From Vicinamibacteria bacterium (lineage in GTDB: Bacteria > Acidobacteriota > Vicinamibacteria > Fen-336), in contig JBGPBV010000004.1 in the NCBI GenBank assembly GCA_041481445.1, forward strand, positions 16,531-80,530: 64,000 nt of DNA, in the 5' to 3' direction. The position numbers were made by a program, and so were the translations under genes. The notes under the pieces are model-generated. The model was not told the origin of the DNA and did no database searches. It saw only the letters and a list, made by a program, of their open reading frames with translations. Below, piece after piece: positions 51,533 through 62,845 of the stretch (the first letter of the stretch is position 1; every line of letters begins with the position of its first letter).

Positions 51533-53305
51533 TCATCCGGCGGACATCGAGTCGAGGAATTCCTTGTTCGACTTGGTCTTGGACAGCCGCTCCAGCATCA
51601 GCTCCATTGCCTCGACGGGGGAGAGCGAGTTGAGCACCTTGCGCAGGACCCAGATGCGGTTGAGCTCGTCCTTGGGCAGCAGCAGCTCTTCCTTGCGCGT
51701 CCCGCTGCGGTTCATGTCCACGGCGGGGAAGATGCGCCTGTCGACCATCTTGCGGTCGAGCACGATCTCGCTGTTGCCGGTGCCCTTGAACTCCTCGAAG
51801 ATGACGTCGTCCATGCGCGAGCCCGTCTCCACGAGGGCGGTCGCGATGATGGTGAGCGAGCCCCCGTCCTCGATGTTGCGGGCGGCCCCGAAGAACCGCT
51901 TGGGCCGCTGCAGCGCGTTCGAGTCCACGCCGCCGGAGAGGACCTTGCCCGACGGGGGCACGATCGCGTTGTAGGCGCGGGCCAGGCGCGTGATGGAGTC
52001 GAGCAGGATGACCACGTCGCGCTTGTGCTCGACGAGCCGCTTGGCCTTCTCGATCACCATCTCCGCGACCTGCACGTGGCGGGTGCCCGGCTCGTCGAAG
52101 GTGGAGCTGATGACCTCGCCCTTGACCGACCGCTGCATGTCCGTCACCTCCTCGGGCCGCTCGTCGATGAGCAGCACGATGAGCGTGATCTCGGGATGGT
52201 TGGCCGCGATCGAGTTGGCGATGTTCTGCAGGATCATCGTCTTCCCCGTGCGGGGGGCGGCCACGATGAGCCCGCGCTGGCCCTTGCCCAGCGGCGTCAT
52301 CATGTCGAGCACGCGCGAGGTGAGGTTCTCGGGGGCGCTCTCCAGCCGGATACGCTCGCTGGGATAGAGCGGCGTGAGGTTGTCGAAGAGGACCTTGTCC
52401 TTCGCGGCGTCCGGCGGCTCGAAGTTGATGGCCTCGACCTTGATGAGCGCGAAGTAGCGCTCGCCTTCCTTCGGCGGGCGCACCTGGCCGCTGACGGTGT
52501 CGCCCGTACGCAGGTCGAACTTGCGGATCTGCGAGGGCGAGACGTAGATGTCGTCGGGGCCGGGCAGGTAGTTCGACTCCGGCGCGCGCAGGAAGCCGTA
52601 ACCGTCGGGCAGGCACTCGAGCACGCCCTCCGCGAAGAGCAGGCCGCTCTTCTCGGTCTGGCTCTGGAGGATGCGGAAGATGAGGTCGTGCTTCTTCATC
52701 CCCGCCGCGCCCTCCACGCCCAGCTCGCGGGCCATGGCGTTGAGGGCCTGGATGTTCATCTCCTTGAGCTGCGAGAGGTCGAGGGCGCGCCGCCCGTCCG
52801 CGCCGCGGGCCTCGGCGGCGGCGGCCTCGTCCGCCGTGACCCCTTCGTCCATCGGCAACGCGGCTTCGCTGACGCGGTCGGCGCGCTCGTGGCGGCCTCC
52901 GCCCTCCAGGCGATCGGGACGGCCGCCGTTGCCGCGCTCGCGCCCCTGGTGGCGATCGCCGCGGTCGCGGCCGCGGCCGTCGTGGCCGCCGCGCGGCCCG
53001 CGGCCCTCCTGCCGATCGGGCCGGTCCGTGCGCTCGGGTCGGTCGGAGCGGTCCGGACGGCGCTCCGGACGCGGCGCGCGCGCCTCCTCCGGCGGAGGGG
53101 CGGCGCCCTCGGAGCGGGCGGCCACGGCCTCCGGGCGATCCTCCGGCCGGGGAGGGGCCGGCTCCGCCGCCGGCTCGCTGCCGCTGGCGGGCGCGCTCGC
53201 GTGAGCGCCGGCGTGCGCCGTGGCGCGCTCCTCCGGGCCCTCTCGGGCCTCGCGTGCTTCCGGCGCTCCGTCGTCCTGCTTGATCTGCTCGTCGGTGTCC
53301 GGCAT
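51533..53305 (-). CDS. rho: transcription termination factor Rho with ~174-aa Arg/Asp/Gly/Pro-rich N-terminal extension
   Basis: The canonical Rho core runs from [23 protein letters not shown] onward (GYGFLR, RNP-like motifs, Walker A AAPRTGKT, ...[11 protein letters not shown]). It is preceded by the low-complexity stretch [30 protein letters not shown]... Confidence 0.95.
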   Translation of the reverse strand: MPDTDEQIKQDDGAPEAREAREGPEERATAHAGAHASAPASGSEPAAEPAPPRPEDRPEAVAARSEGAAPPPEEARAPRPERRPDRSDRPERTDRPDRQEGRGPRGGHDGRGRDRGDRHQGRERGNGGRPDRLEGGGRHERADRVSEAALPMDEGVTADEAAAAEARGADGRRALDLSQLKEMNIQALNAMARELGVEGAAGMKKHDLIFRILQSQTEKSGLLFAEGVLECLPDGYGFLRAPESNYLPGPDDIYVSPSQIRKFDLRTGDTVSGQVRPPKEGERYFALIKVEAINFEPPDAAKDKVLFDNLTPLYPSERIRLESAPENLTSRVLDMMTPLGKGQRGLIVAAPRTGKTMILQNIANSIAANHPEITLIVLLIDERPEEVTDMQRSVKGEVISSTFDEPGTRHVQVAEMVIEKAKRLVEHKRDVVILLDSITRLARAYNAIVPPSGKVLSGGVDSNALQRPKRFFGAARNIEDGGSLTIIATALVETGSRMDDVIFEEFKGTGNSEIVLDRKMVDRRIFPAVDMNRSGTRKEELLLPKDELNRIWVLRKVLNSLSPVEAMELMLERLSKTKSNKEFLDSMSAG

Positions 53306-53311
53306 GTCTGA

Positions 53312-53926
53312 TCAGCCTTTCCGTTGCCGAATGCGCTGGCGGTGCTCGGCCGCCGCCCCCCGGATCGCGGCCCACAACGCCTCGATTCCCGTCCCGTCCC
53401 GCCCGCTCACGGCGAGCACGTCTCGTCCGCAAGGGCCCATCCACGAGCGCAGGGCCTTCACGTGCTTCACCTGCTCGCTGCGGCCGAGCTTGTCCGCCTT
53501 GGTGGCGGCCACGACGTAGGGCAGCCGCCGGTCCTCCAGCCACTCCCGCAGCATCTCGTCCCCCTCCATCGGCTCGTGCCGCGCGTCCACCAGGAACACG
53601 CACAGGGCGAGGGGGTCACGGCCGTCCAGGTACGACACCACCAGGCGCTCCCAGCCCTGCCTCATCGCCTCCGGCACCTTCGCGTATCCATAGCCAGGGA
53701 GGTCGGCGAAGTAGAGCTCGTGGCCCGCCCGGAAGAAGTTCACCGTCTGCGTCCGCCCTGGCGTCGAGGAGACCCGGGCCAGGCCCCTCGACCCCGCCAG
53801 CGCGTTCAGCACGCTGCTCTTTCCGACGTTCGAACGCCCCAGCAGCGCCACCTCGGGCAGCCCATCGCGGGGGAACTGAGCGCGGGAGCCGGCGCTCCCC
53901 GCGAAGGTGACTGGGAGAGGCTTCAG
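53312..53926 (-). CDS. engB: ribosome-biogenesis GTPase EngB/YihA; probable CTG start overlapping the lon stop
   Basis: G1 [10 protein letters not shown]3 DLPGYG, G4 TKADK. The ORF track begins at GTG 53851, only 5 codons before the P-loop. The 29 upstream in-frame codons encode the conserved ...[12 protein letters not shown] segment with no canonical start. CTG 53926-53924 forms a CTGA with the lon stop. Confidence 0.85.
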   Translation of the reverse strand: MKPLPVTFAGSAGSRAQFPRDGLPEVALLGRSNVGKSSVLNALAGSRGLARVSSTPGRTQTVNFFRAGHELYFADLPGYGYAKVPEAMRQGWERLVVSYLDGRDPLALCVFLVDARHEPMEGDEMLREWLEDRRLPYVVAATKADKLGRSEQVKHVKALRSWMGPCGRDVLAVSGRDGTGIEALWAAIRGAAAEHRQRIRQRKG

Positions 53927-56334
53927 TGCGTCAGGCCGTCACGGACGTCGCCCAGCTCCGGAGACCGCTCCACCGTCTCCTGCTGGGACGGAGCCGCGGG
54001 GGGCACGAGGGCGATCTTGAGCACCTCGTCCACGTGCTCCACCAGCTCCACCGTCAACGCCTCGAGTACGTTCTTCGGGATGTCCGCCAGGTCCTTCTCG
54101 TTCTCACGCGGCAGGATGATCGTGGTGATCCCGATGCGGTGCGCGGCCAGGAGCTTCTCCTTCACCCCGCCGATGGGGAACACCTTGCCGCGCAGGGTGA
54201 TCTCGCCGGTCATGGCCACGTCGCGCCGCACCGCCCGCTTGGTCAGCGCGGAGACGAGCGCGGTCGCGATGGTGATCCCGGCGGAAGGGCCGTCCTTGGG
54301 GATGGCCCCTTCCGGCACGTGGATGTGGATGTCGACCTTGCGGTTGAAGCCGGGGGTGATCCCGAGCTGGTCCGCGCGCGAGCGCACGTACGACATCGCG
54401 GCGTGGGCCGACTCCTGCATGACGTCACCCAGCTTGCCGGTCAGGCGCACCGTGCCCTTGCCCGGCATCAGCGTGACCTCGATGGGCAGGATCTCGCCCC
54501 CCACCTCCGTCCAGGCCAGGCCGGTGGCCATCCCGATCTCGTTGACCTCCTCCTGCTTGGACTTCCGGTAGCGCGGGATGCCCAGGTAGTTGCCCACGTT
54601 CTCGCCGGTGATGCCCTCGTGGAAGTCCTTGCCGTCGAGCACCACCTTGCGCGCGATCTTGCGGAAGATCGAGGAGATCTCGCGCTCCATGTTCCGCACG
54701 CCCGCCTCGCGCGTGTAGCGCCGGATGATCTCCTGGAGGGCGTCGTCGGTGAAATCGACGTTCTTGTCCTCGAGGCCGTGCGACTTGATCTGCTTGGCGA
54801 TGAGGTGGCGCTTGGCGATCTCCACCTTCTCCGGCTCCGTGTAGCCGGGCAGGCGCAGGACCTCCATGCGGTCCTGCAGCGGCTGCGGGATGGTGTGCAG
54901 CACGTTGGCGGTGGCGATGAAGAACACGGACGAGAGGTCGAACTCGACGTCGATGTAGTGGTCGGTGAAGGAGTGGTTCTGCTCCGGGTCCAGCACCTCC
55001 AGCAGGGCGGCCGAGGGGTCGCCGCGGAAGTCCATGGACATCTTGTCCACTTCGTCCAGGAGGAAGACGGGGTTCTTGCTCCCCGCCTTCTTCATCATCT
55101 GGATGATCTGGCCGGGGAAGGCGCCGATGTAGGTGCGGCGGTGCCCGCGGATCTCCGCCTCGTCGCGCACTCCGCCGAGCGACATGCGCACGAACTTGCG
55201 GTTGGTGCAGCGGGCGATGGAGCGCGCCAGCGAGGTCTTGCCCACTCCGGGCGGGCCCACGAAGCACAGGATCGGCCCCTTGGGCTTGTTCACGAGCTGG
55301 CGCACGGCCAGGAACTCGACGATGCGCTCCTTGACCTTCTCCAGGCCGTAGTGGTCCTCGTTGAGGATCTTCTCCGCGGCCAGGAGGTCCTTGCGCTCGC
55401 GCGTGCGCTTGCTCCAGGGCACCGCGATCAGCCAGTCGAGGTAGTTGCGGGAGACGGTGGCCTCGGCCGACATGGGCGGCATGGCCTCCAGCCGCTTGAG
55501 CTCCTGGAGGGCGCGGTCCTCCCCCTCCTTGGGCATCTTGGCCATCTCGATCTTCTTGCGGAGCTCCTCGACCTCGTTGAGGCGGTCGTCCTTGCGGCCG
55601 AGCTCCTTCTGGATGGCCTTCATCTTCTCGTTGAGGTAGTACTCCTTCTGCGCCCGCTCCATCTGCTTCTTGACCCGGCCCTGGATGCGCTTGTCGACCT
55701 GGAGCTTCTCCGTCTCCGCCTCCAGGATGGCGTGGATGCGGGTCAGCCTCTCCTGGGGAGCGAAGATCTCGAGGAGGTTCTGCTTCTCCTCGACCCCCAC
55801 CACCAGGTGGGAGGCGATGGTGTCGGCGAGCTTGCCCGGGTCCTCCACCCGCACCGCGGCCAGCATGGCGTCGTAGTGCAGGTTGTTGGAGAGCTTCACG
55901 TACTGCTCGAAGAGGGCGATGACCTTCGACATCAGCGCTTCCACGCCGCTGACGGCTTCGGTCTGCTTCGGGATCATCTTGCACACGACCTTGAAGAACC
56001 CCTCGTGCTCCTTGAACTCGAGGGCGCGCCCGCGGTCCAGGCCCTCCACGAGGACCTTCACGTTGCCGTCGGGGAGCTTCAGGCTCTGCACGATGTTGCA
56101 GATGGTGCCCAGGGTGTGGATCTCGTCCGGTCCCGGGTTGTCGCGGGTGGCGTCGTGCTGGGCGGAGAGGAAGATGCGCTTCCCCTTGACCAGCGCGTAC
56201 TCGAGGGCCTTGATCGACGAGGGCCGCCCGATGACGAAGGGGATCATCATGTGGGGGAAGACCACCACGTCGCGGAGCGGCACCATGGGCAGGGTCTCGA
56301 TCACGTCCACCTTCTCTTTGTCTCGACCGAACAT
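53923..56334 (-). CDS. lon: ATP-dependent Lon protease
   Basis: [23 protein letters not shown], Walker [10 protein letters not shown], catalytic PKDGPSAGI. 803 aa, collinear with LonA. Confidence 0.95.
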   Translation of the reverse strand: MFGRDKEKVDVIETLPMVPLRDVVVFPHMMIPFVIGRPSSIKALEYALVKGKRIFLSAQHDATRDNPGPDEIHTLGTICNIVQSLKLPDGNVKVLVEGLDRGRALEFKEHEGFFKVVCKMIPKQTEAVSGVEALMSKVIALFEQYVKLSNNLHYDAMLAAVRVEDPGKLADTIASHLVVGVEEKQNLLEIFAPQERLTRIHAILEAETEKLQVDKRIQGRVKKQMERAQKEYYLNEKMKAIQKELGRKDDRLNEVEELRKKIEMAKMPKEGEDRALQELKRLEAMPPMSAEATVSRNYLDWLIAVPWSKRTRERKDLLAAEKILNEDHYGLEKVKERIVEFLAVRQLVNKPKGPILCFVGPPGVGKTSLARSIARCTNRKFVRMSLGGVRDEAEIRGHRRTYIGAFPGQIIQMMKKAGSKNPVFLLDEVDKMSMDFRGDPSAALLEVLDPEQNHSFTDHYIDVEFDLSSVFFIATANVLHTIPQPLQDRMEVLRLPGYTEPEKVEIAKRHLIAKQIKSHGLEDKNVDFTDDALQEIIRRYTREAGVRNMEREISSIFRKIARKVVLDGKDFHEGITGENVGNYLGIPRYRKSKQEEVNEIGMATGLAWTEVGGEILPIEVTLMPGKGTVRLTGKLGDVMQESAHAAMSYVRSRADQLGITPGFNRKVDIHIHVPEGAIPKDGPSAGITIATALVSALTKRAVRRDVAMTGEITLRGKVFPIGGVKEKLLAAHRIGITTIILPRENEKDLADIPKNVLEALTVELVEHVDEVLKIALVPPAAPSQQETVERSPELGDVRDGLTH

Positions 56335-56434
56335 GACATTATGAGCGCACGGCCCGGGAGACGGAAGTCAAAAGCTGAGGCGAGGGCAGGACCCGGCCGC
56401 CCCTCGCGCGGCGCACCGCCGCGCGCGAAGCGTC

Positions 56435-57688
<1,254 letters not shown>

Positions 57689-57691
57689 GGC

Positions 57692-58297
57692 CTATCTCTC
57701 CCGGCGGGAGATCACCTGGTCCACGATACCATACTCCTTCGCCTGGGCCGCATCCATGATGAAGTCGCGGTCGGCGTCGGAAGCGATCTTCTCCACGGGC
57801 TGCTTGGTGTGGAAGGCGAGGATGGCGTTCAGGCGGTCCTTGATCCGCAGGATCTCCTTGGCCTGTATGGCGATGTCGGAGGCCTGCCCCTGGGCCCCAC
57901 CCCAGGGCTGATGGATCAGGATCCGGGAGTTGGGCAGCGCGAAGCGCTTGCCGTGGGTCCCGGCGGCGAGGAGCACGGCCCCGAAGCTCGCGGCCTGGCC
58001 CACGCAGATCGTCTGCACGTCGGGGCGGACGAGCTGCATCGTGTCGTAGATGGCCATGCCGGCGGTGGTCACGCCGCCCGGCGAGTTGATGTAGACGTGG
58101 ATGTCCTTCTCGGGGTCCTCCGCCTCCAGGAACAGGAGCTGGGCGATGATCAGGTTGGCCACCATGTCGTCGATGGCCGTCCCGATGAAGACGATGTTGT
58201 CCTTGAGGAGGCGCGAGTAGATGTCGTAGGCGCGCTCGCCGCGGGCCGTCTGCTCCACGACCATCGGAACCAACGTGCCCGAGAACGGGGAGCTCAT
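57692..58297 (-). CDS. clpP: ATP-dependent Clp protease proteolytic subunit
   Basis: [20 protein letters not shown], catalytic Ser in [19 protein letters not shown] overlap with the tig stop. Confidence 0.95.
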   Translation of the reverse strand: MSSPFSGTLVPMVVEQTARGERAYDIYSRLLKDNIVFIGTAIDDMVANLIIAQLLFLEAEDPEKDIHVYINSPGGVTTAGMAIYDTMQLVRPDVQTICVGQAASFGAVLLAAGTHGKRFALPNSRILIHQPWGGAQGQASDIAIQAKEILRIKDRLNAILAFHTKQPVEKIASDADRDFIMDAAQAKEYGIVDQVISRRER

Positions 58298-59571
58298 TCG
58301 AACTCCATCGTAGCATTGGCCTTGAGCAAGTCAAGGACCTTCTCCTCGCGGATGCGCGCGCGGAGCGGTCCGAGATCGCCGTCCTTCTCCATGCGCGCGC
58401 GCACGGCCTCCTTCGTCTTCTTCAAGCGCTCGGCGTAGCGCGCGATCTCCGCCTCCACCTCGCCGTCCAGGGCCTCGATGCCCTCCCGGCGCGCGATCTC
58501 GTCGAGGAGGATGTCGGCCTTCGCCGCCTTCAGCGAGTCCTCGCGCTGGGCATCCCGGTACTTCTCCCAGTCCACGCCGACCTTGCTCGGGTCCAGGCCC
58601 TGCAGGGCCAGGCCGCGGGCCGCGTTCTCCGTGCGCGCCATCATGTGGCGCTCGACGAGGGCGTCGGGGACCTCGAAGCCGGCCCGCTGCACGAGCGCCT
58701 CCAGGAGCGCGTTCTTGACCTCGCGGTCGATCTTGCGCTCCTCCGCCGTCCCGAGCTGCCGGCGCACCTTGTCGCGCAGCTCCGCGAGCGACCCGAACTC
58801 GCCGAGGTCCTTGGCGAACTCGTCGTCGGCGGCGGGGACGACCTTCGTCTTGATGCCTTTCAGGGCCACCTTGTACGCAACCGTCTTCCCGCGGAGGCTC
58901 TCCTGCTCATGGTCGTCGCCGTAGGTCAGGGAAACGTCCTTCGTCTGGCCAGGCTCCATCCCAGAAAGCGCGATGTTGAGGTCCTTGTGGTTGTCCTTGG
59001 AGCCGATCTCGACCAGCACGTTGTCGTCGCGCTTGCCCTGGGTCCCGTCCTCCCGCGTGAAGCTCACGTCGAGGACCACGAAGTCGCCCTCCCGCGCCGG
59101 CCGGCCCTCCACGGCGTCGTAGCGCGCGGCCTCCTCGCGCAGCCGGTCGATCTCCTTGTCCACGTCCTCGTCCGAGACCCTGGGCAGGCGGGCCTTGGCC
59201 GGCAGCCCCTTGTAGCCTGGCAGCTCCACCAAAGGCAGGATCTCGAACTCGGCCTTGAAGGTCATGGGCTGGTTGTCGTCGATCTTGAGGTCGGTGACCC
59301 GCGGGGTGGCCACCGGGCGCAGCCCGCGGCCTTCCAGCTCGTCGCGCACGACCTTGTTGACGATCTTCTCCGCGACGTCTTCCAGGACCTGCTGCCGGAA
59401 GCGCTGGCGGATGACGTGCGCGGGGACCTTGCCCGGGCGGAATCCCGGGAGCTTCACCCGGGTCGCGTAGTGCTTCGAGCGCTCCGCGATCTCCTTGTCC
59501 ACGACCTCGGGCTCGATCTCGAAGGACAGCGACTTCTTGACCGACGACTGCTCGGCGTAATCGACTTTCAA
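58294..59571 (-). CDS. tig: trigger factor
   Basis: [18 protein letters not shown] (ribosome-binding motif region), a PPIase-like middle domain and a helical C-terminus. I prefer the TTG start at 59571, preceded by GAGG; the ORF track's longer N-terminus is unlikely. Confidence 0.9.
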   Translation of the reverse strand: MKVDYAEQSSVKKSLSFEIEPEVVDKEIAERSKHYATRVKLPGFRPGKVPAHVIRQRFRQQVLEDVAEKIVNKVVRDELEGRGLRPVATPRVTDLKIDDNQPMTFKAEFEILPLVELPGYKGLPAKARLPRVSDEDVDKEIDRLREEAARYDAVEGRPAREGDFVVLDVSFTREDGTQGKRDDNVLVEIGSKDNHKDLNIALSGMEPGQTKDVSLTYGDDHEQESLRGKTVAYKVALKGIKTKVVPAADDEFAKDLGEFGSLAELRDKVRRQLGTAEERKIDREVKNALLEALVQRAGFEVPDALVERHMMARTENAARGLALQGLDPSKVGVDWEKYRDAQREDSLKAAKADILLDEIARREGIEALDGEVEAEIARYAERLKKTKEAVRARMEKDGDLGPLRARIREEKVLDLLKANATMEFE

Positions 59572-59665
59572 CGGCACCTCACAGGAATGGACTACCGGAC
59601 GGACGCCGGTCCGCCAGGATAGCACGGCGGGGCCCGCGCCTCATCGCGCCGGGCCGCGCCTTCCT

Positions 59666-59690
59666 TCGAACTTGTCCAGAACAAGTTCGA
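59666..59690. promoter_or_regulatory. perfect 10-bp inverted repeat TCGAACTTGT-N5-ACAAGTTCGA (operator candidate)
   Basis: Lies in the tig / repeat-protein divergent intergenic region, ending 15 nt before ATG 59705. It is AT-richer than its surroundings. Confidence 0.4.
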
Positions 59691-59704
59691 GCGGCAGGGC
59701 TAAG

Positions 59705-61573
59705 ATGAACGTCGACATGACGCTCAAGAACGCCTCACTGACGATGGCGGTCGCGCTGGTCCTGCTCGCCGGGACTCGCAGTCTCGCCCAGGACGCGAAC
59801 GGGCCGGAGCTCGAGGTCAATACGTACACCACGGGGAATCAATGGTGGGGATCCCCGGCCGTCGATGGCAGCGGACACTTCGTGGTGACGTGGTCCGGGC
59901 CGGGCGACGGCGACGACCGGGGTGTCTTCGCTCGCCGCTTGTCGTCCTCTGGCGTGCCTCTCGGGCCGGAGTTCCGCGTGAATTCCTACACCACGGACTA
60001 CCAGGGCTTCCCGGCCGCCGCCGCGAACCGGGCCGGCGAGTTCGTGGTGACGTGGACCGGTCACGGCGCGAGCTCGAGCCAGTACGGCATCTTCGGCCAG
60101 CGCTTCGACGCCGGCGGCCTTCCCGTGGGAAGCGACTTCCAGGTGAGCACAGGCACCTGCTGCGAGAAGTGGAGCCGGATGGCCATGGACGCCGCCGGCG
60201 ACTTCGTCGTCGTCTGGGAGGCCCTGAGCGGTCAGGACGGGGATGGGCGAGGGATCTTCGGGCGGCGCTACGACGCGGTGACGGGATTCGGTCCCACGTT
60301 CGTCGTGAATGCCTACACGACCAGCTTCCAGCAGAGCCCGGCCATCGCCATGGCCGCCGACGGTTCGTTCGTGGTGGCCTGGCACGGGGTGGGCGCGGCC
60401 GACTCCACGGGCGTCTTCGCGCGCCGTTTCGACGCCACGGGTGCCCCCGTCGGTGACGACTTCCTCGTGAACGAAGTGACCACCGGCGACCAGATCTTCC
60501 CCTCCGTGGGGTCCGCCCCGGACGAGTCCTTCGTGGTCGCGTGGGAAGACGCGGCGCCGGCCAGCCTCGGCGACGTCGTCCTGGGACGTCGATTCGACTC
60601 CGGGGGCGCCCCGATCGGCGGTGAATTCCAGGTGAGCGGCGCCACGACGTACCAGAGGTTCGCCCGGGTGGCCGTGGACCCGGCGGGAGCGTTCATGGTC
60701 ACGTGGTCCGACTACTCCGTGAGCGACGGCAGCGGCGGCAGCGTGCGTGCTCGGCATTTCGACGGCGCGGGCACTCCGGTCGGCTCGGAGTTCCGGGTGA
60801 ACTCCTACACCACCGGCACGCAATCCAACCCTGCCATCGCCGCCGGTCCGGCCGGACAATTCATCGTGACCTGGTGGAGCAGCTTCCAGGACGGCAGCGG
60901 CTACGGCATGGTCGGCCGCCGCTTCGGCGACCTGATCTTCGCCGACTCGTTCGAGTCCGGCGGGCTCTTTGCCTGGTCGGCCAGCGCGACCGACGGCGGC
61001 GACCTGTCGGTCAGCCCGAACGCGGCCGTGGGCGGGCCCGGCCAGGGCCTGCAGGCGATGGTCAACGATACCGCCGCCATCTACGTCGAGGACGACAGCC
61101 CGGCCGACGAGGACCGCTACCGGGCCCGCTTCTATTTCGACACTCACGGTTTCGATCCCGGGGTCGCGCAGGGCCACGTGCGCACGCGGATCTTCATCGG
61201 CTTCGAGGAGAACCCCGACCGCCGCCTCTTCGCGATCGTGCTGCGGCTCCTGAACGGGCAGTACGGCCTGATGGGGCGCGTGCGCCGGGACGACGACGGC
61301 CAGACCGACACCGGCTTCTTTCCCATCCCGGATGGACCGCACTTCGTCGAGGTCGACTGGCGGCGGTCGAGCGGGCAGGATGCGCCCGACGGGACCTTCG
61401 AGATGTGGATCGACGGCACGTCGGTCGCGACCCTCACCGGCCTCGCCAACGGCGCGAGCTCGGTGGACTTCGCACGAATGGGGGCTCTGAGCGTCCAGGC
61501 CGGCGCGGCGGGCACGCTCTACTTCGACGCGTTCGAATCGCGGCGGCTCACTGCCGTCGGCCCCCTGCCGTAG
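59705..61573 (+). CDS. secreted protein: seven ~54-aa tandem repeats (propeller-like) plus the C-terminal domain shared with the subtilase
   Basis: Signal peptide (MNVD)MTLKNASLTMAVALVLLAGTRSLAQD. Repeats follow the pattern EF[RQ]VN.YTTG.Q..P.[IV]A....G.FVV.W......G..G[IV]F[GA][RQ]RFD..G.P.G. C-terminal ~213 aa domain. Confidence 0.8.
   Translation: MNVDMTLKNASLTMAVALVLLAGTRSLAQDANGPELEVNTYTTGNQWWGSPAVDGSGHFVVTWSGPGDGDDRGVFARRLSSSGVPLGPEFRVNSYTTDYQGFPAAAANRAGEFVVTWTGHGASSSQYGIFGQRFDAGGLPVGSDFQVSTGTCCEKWSRMAMDAAGDFVVVWEALSGQDGDGRGIFGRRYDAVTGFGPTFVVNAYTTSFQQSPAIAMAADGSFVVAWHGVGAADSTGVFARRFDATGAPVGDDFLVNEVTTGDQIFPSVGSAPDESFVVAWEDAAPASLGDVVLGRRFDSGGAPIGGEFQVSGATTYQRFARVAVDPAGAFMVTWSDYSVSDGSGGSVRARHFDGAGTPVGSEFRVNSYTTGTQSNPAIAAGPAGQFIVTWWSSFQDGSGYGMVGRRFGDLIFADSFESGGLFAWSASATDGGDLSVSPNAAVGGPGQGLQAMVNDTAAIYVEDDSPADEDRYRARFYFDTHGFDPGVAQGHVRTRIFIGFEENPDRRLFAIVLRLLNGQYGLMGRVRRDDDGQTDTGFFPIPDGPHFVEVDWRRSSGQDAPDGTFEMWIDGTSVATLTGLANGASSVDFARMGALSVQAGAAGTLYFDAFESRRLTAVGPLP
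59807..60931 (+). repeat. seven tandem ~162-bp (54-aa) protein-level repeats
   Basis: The repeats start at ELEVNTYTTG, EFRVNSYTTD, DFQVSTGTCC, TFVVNAYTTS, DFLVNEVTTG, EFQVSGATTY and EFRVNSYTTG. They are divergent at the nucleotide level. Confidence 0.8.
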
Positions 61574-61601
61574 CGCGCGCCTTCGGGGGCCTCCGGGACA
61601 G

Positions 61602-61685
61602 TGGTGCGGAAGGGGGGATTCGAACCCCCACGCCTTTCGGCACGCGGTCCTAAGCCGCGCGCGTCTGCCGTTCCGCCACTTCCGC
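61602..61685 (-). tRNA. tRNA-Leu (anticodon UAG), type II with long variable arm, CCA encoded
   Basis: The reverse complement folds by hand: acceptor GCGGAAG/CTTCCGC, anticodon stem CGCGG/CCGCG with loop CTTAGGA, 13-nt variable arm TGCCGAAAGGCGT, T-arm GGGGG-TTCGAAT-CCCCC, discriminator A, CCA. 84 nt. Confidence 0.92.
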
Positions 61686-61721
61686 GCGCCACGAGTCTAC
61701 GCGCACTCGTTCCGGAACGAA

Positions 61722-61741
61722 ATCGTTTAGGTCTAAACGAT
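61722..61741 (-). terminator. possible weak terminator hairpin after the SDH-protease operon
   Basis: Minus strand: ATCGTTTAG-AC-CTAAACGAT (9-bp arms) followed by TTCGTT. The stem is AT-rich, the loop very short and the U-tract poor. Confidence 0.3.
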
Positions 61742-61782
61742 CGTCGGTCGGCGGGAGCCGGCGAGGCCGGAAGGACGACGCC

Positions 61783-62793
61783 CTACCGGATGTGGAACTT
61801 CGTCTTGGCCACCCGCCCGTCCTTGAGCCGGGCCCGGTACCAGGCGGACACGTCGTTCATGGGCACCCACCGCCGCTCCTCCTTGCGGTAGTGCCAGTCC
61901 TTCTCGACCTGGTAGAAGACCTGCAGGCGGCGCCCCTCCAGGATGTTCGTGATCTCGTTGTCGTGATGGTTCAGCTCGTCGAAGTCGGTGATGGCCCGCT
62001 GGCCCATCTCCGAGTACACGAGGTTCAGCTCCTGGAGCAGCTCGTCGAGCGCGGGGTCGAGGTCCATCACCGAAAGGCCGAGGCGGCGCGCCTCGCGGCT
62101 GGTGATCGGGTACTGGTGGGCCGGGTACGAGGAGTTGAGCTGGCGGCTGATGCGGTCGGCCTTGGCCCGGTCCTTCATGTGGTAGCCCAGGATCTCGCGG
62201 CAGAGCATCTGGGAGAGGCTGCTCGCGCGGTCGAGGGCGCCGATGACGAGCGGGTGAAGGTACTTGTAGAGCTCCTGGTACGGGTTCACGGCCGAGCCGC
62301 GGCCCAGGCTCTCCTTCCAGAGGCGGATGACCCGCTCGACCTCGTCGTTGCTGACCGCGACCAGGTTGTTCGTGTGGTCGACGGGGGAGAGGTCGTGCTC
62401 GAGCGACGTATCCACGGCGGTCAGATAGGACAGCGGGCCCATGCCGATCCGGTCCGCGCCCAGCGCGAGCATCGTGGCCGCGGAGGCGCAGTTGAGGGGG
62501 GCGAGCACGGTCAGCCGCCGCGTGTACTGGCGGAGCAGGTGCACCATCCGCAGCGCGGCCATCCCGCTGCCGCCGTCCGACTTCACGAGCAGGGTCAGGC
62601 GCGGCTGCGGGCCCAGCTCCTGCAGCAGCTCCTGCAGGGCCAGCACGTCGTTGTCGCAGACGGAGCCGCTGGTGGACGTCCAGTACGTGAGCAGGGCGCC
62701 GTCGACCTTGGACCCGATCTTCTTGAGGACGGCCTGCGTCCTCTCGAACAGGAGCGGCGGCGTCTTGACCCGCCGCCGCCTCGCTTTCGGCAT
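61783..62793 (-). CDS. ClpP/crotonase-fold serine protease of the SDH (serine dehydrogenase proteinase)/SppA-like type
   Basis: LLVKSDGGSGMAALRMVHLLRQYTRRLTVLAPLNCASAATMLALGADRIGMGPLSYL parallels the ClpP/SppA nucleophile region in this window's own ClpP (INSPGG...[11 protein letters not shown]). 336 aa. The family name is from memory. Confidence 0.7.
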   Translation of the reverse strand: MPKARRRRVKTPPLLFERTQAVLKKIGSKVDGALLTYWTSTSGSVCDNDVLALQELLQELGPQPRLTLLVKSDGGSGMAALRMVHLLRQYTRRLTVLAPLNCASAATMLALGADRIGMGPLSYLTAVDTSLEHDLSPVDHTNNLVAVSNDEVERVIRLWKESLGRGSAVNPYQELYKYLHPLVIGALDRASSLSQMLCREILGYHMKDRAKADRISRQLNSSYPAHQYPITSREARRLGLSVMDLDPALDELLQELNLVYSEMGQRAITDFDELNHHDNEITNILEGRRLQVFYQVEKDWHYRKEERRWVPMNDVSAWYRARLKDGRVAKTKFHIR

Positions 62794-62845
62794 CCGAGGA
62801 TCCTATATCAGGACCGCTCCGAGGCCGGGCCCGCCGGGATCGCGC

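Noticed and set aside
56335-56434. A heat-shock (sigma32-type or CIRCE/HrcA) control element upstream of lon.
   Set aside because: There is no CIRCE inverted repeat (TTAGCACTC-N9-GAGTGCTAA) and no convincing CTTGAAA/CCCCAT pair. Only a TTGACT hexamer with poor -10 spacing and a GC hairpin after clpX are present. I do not make a call.
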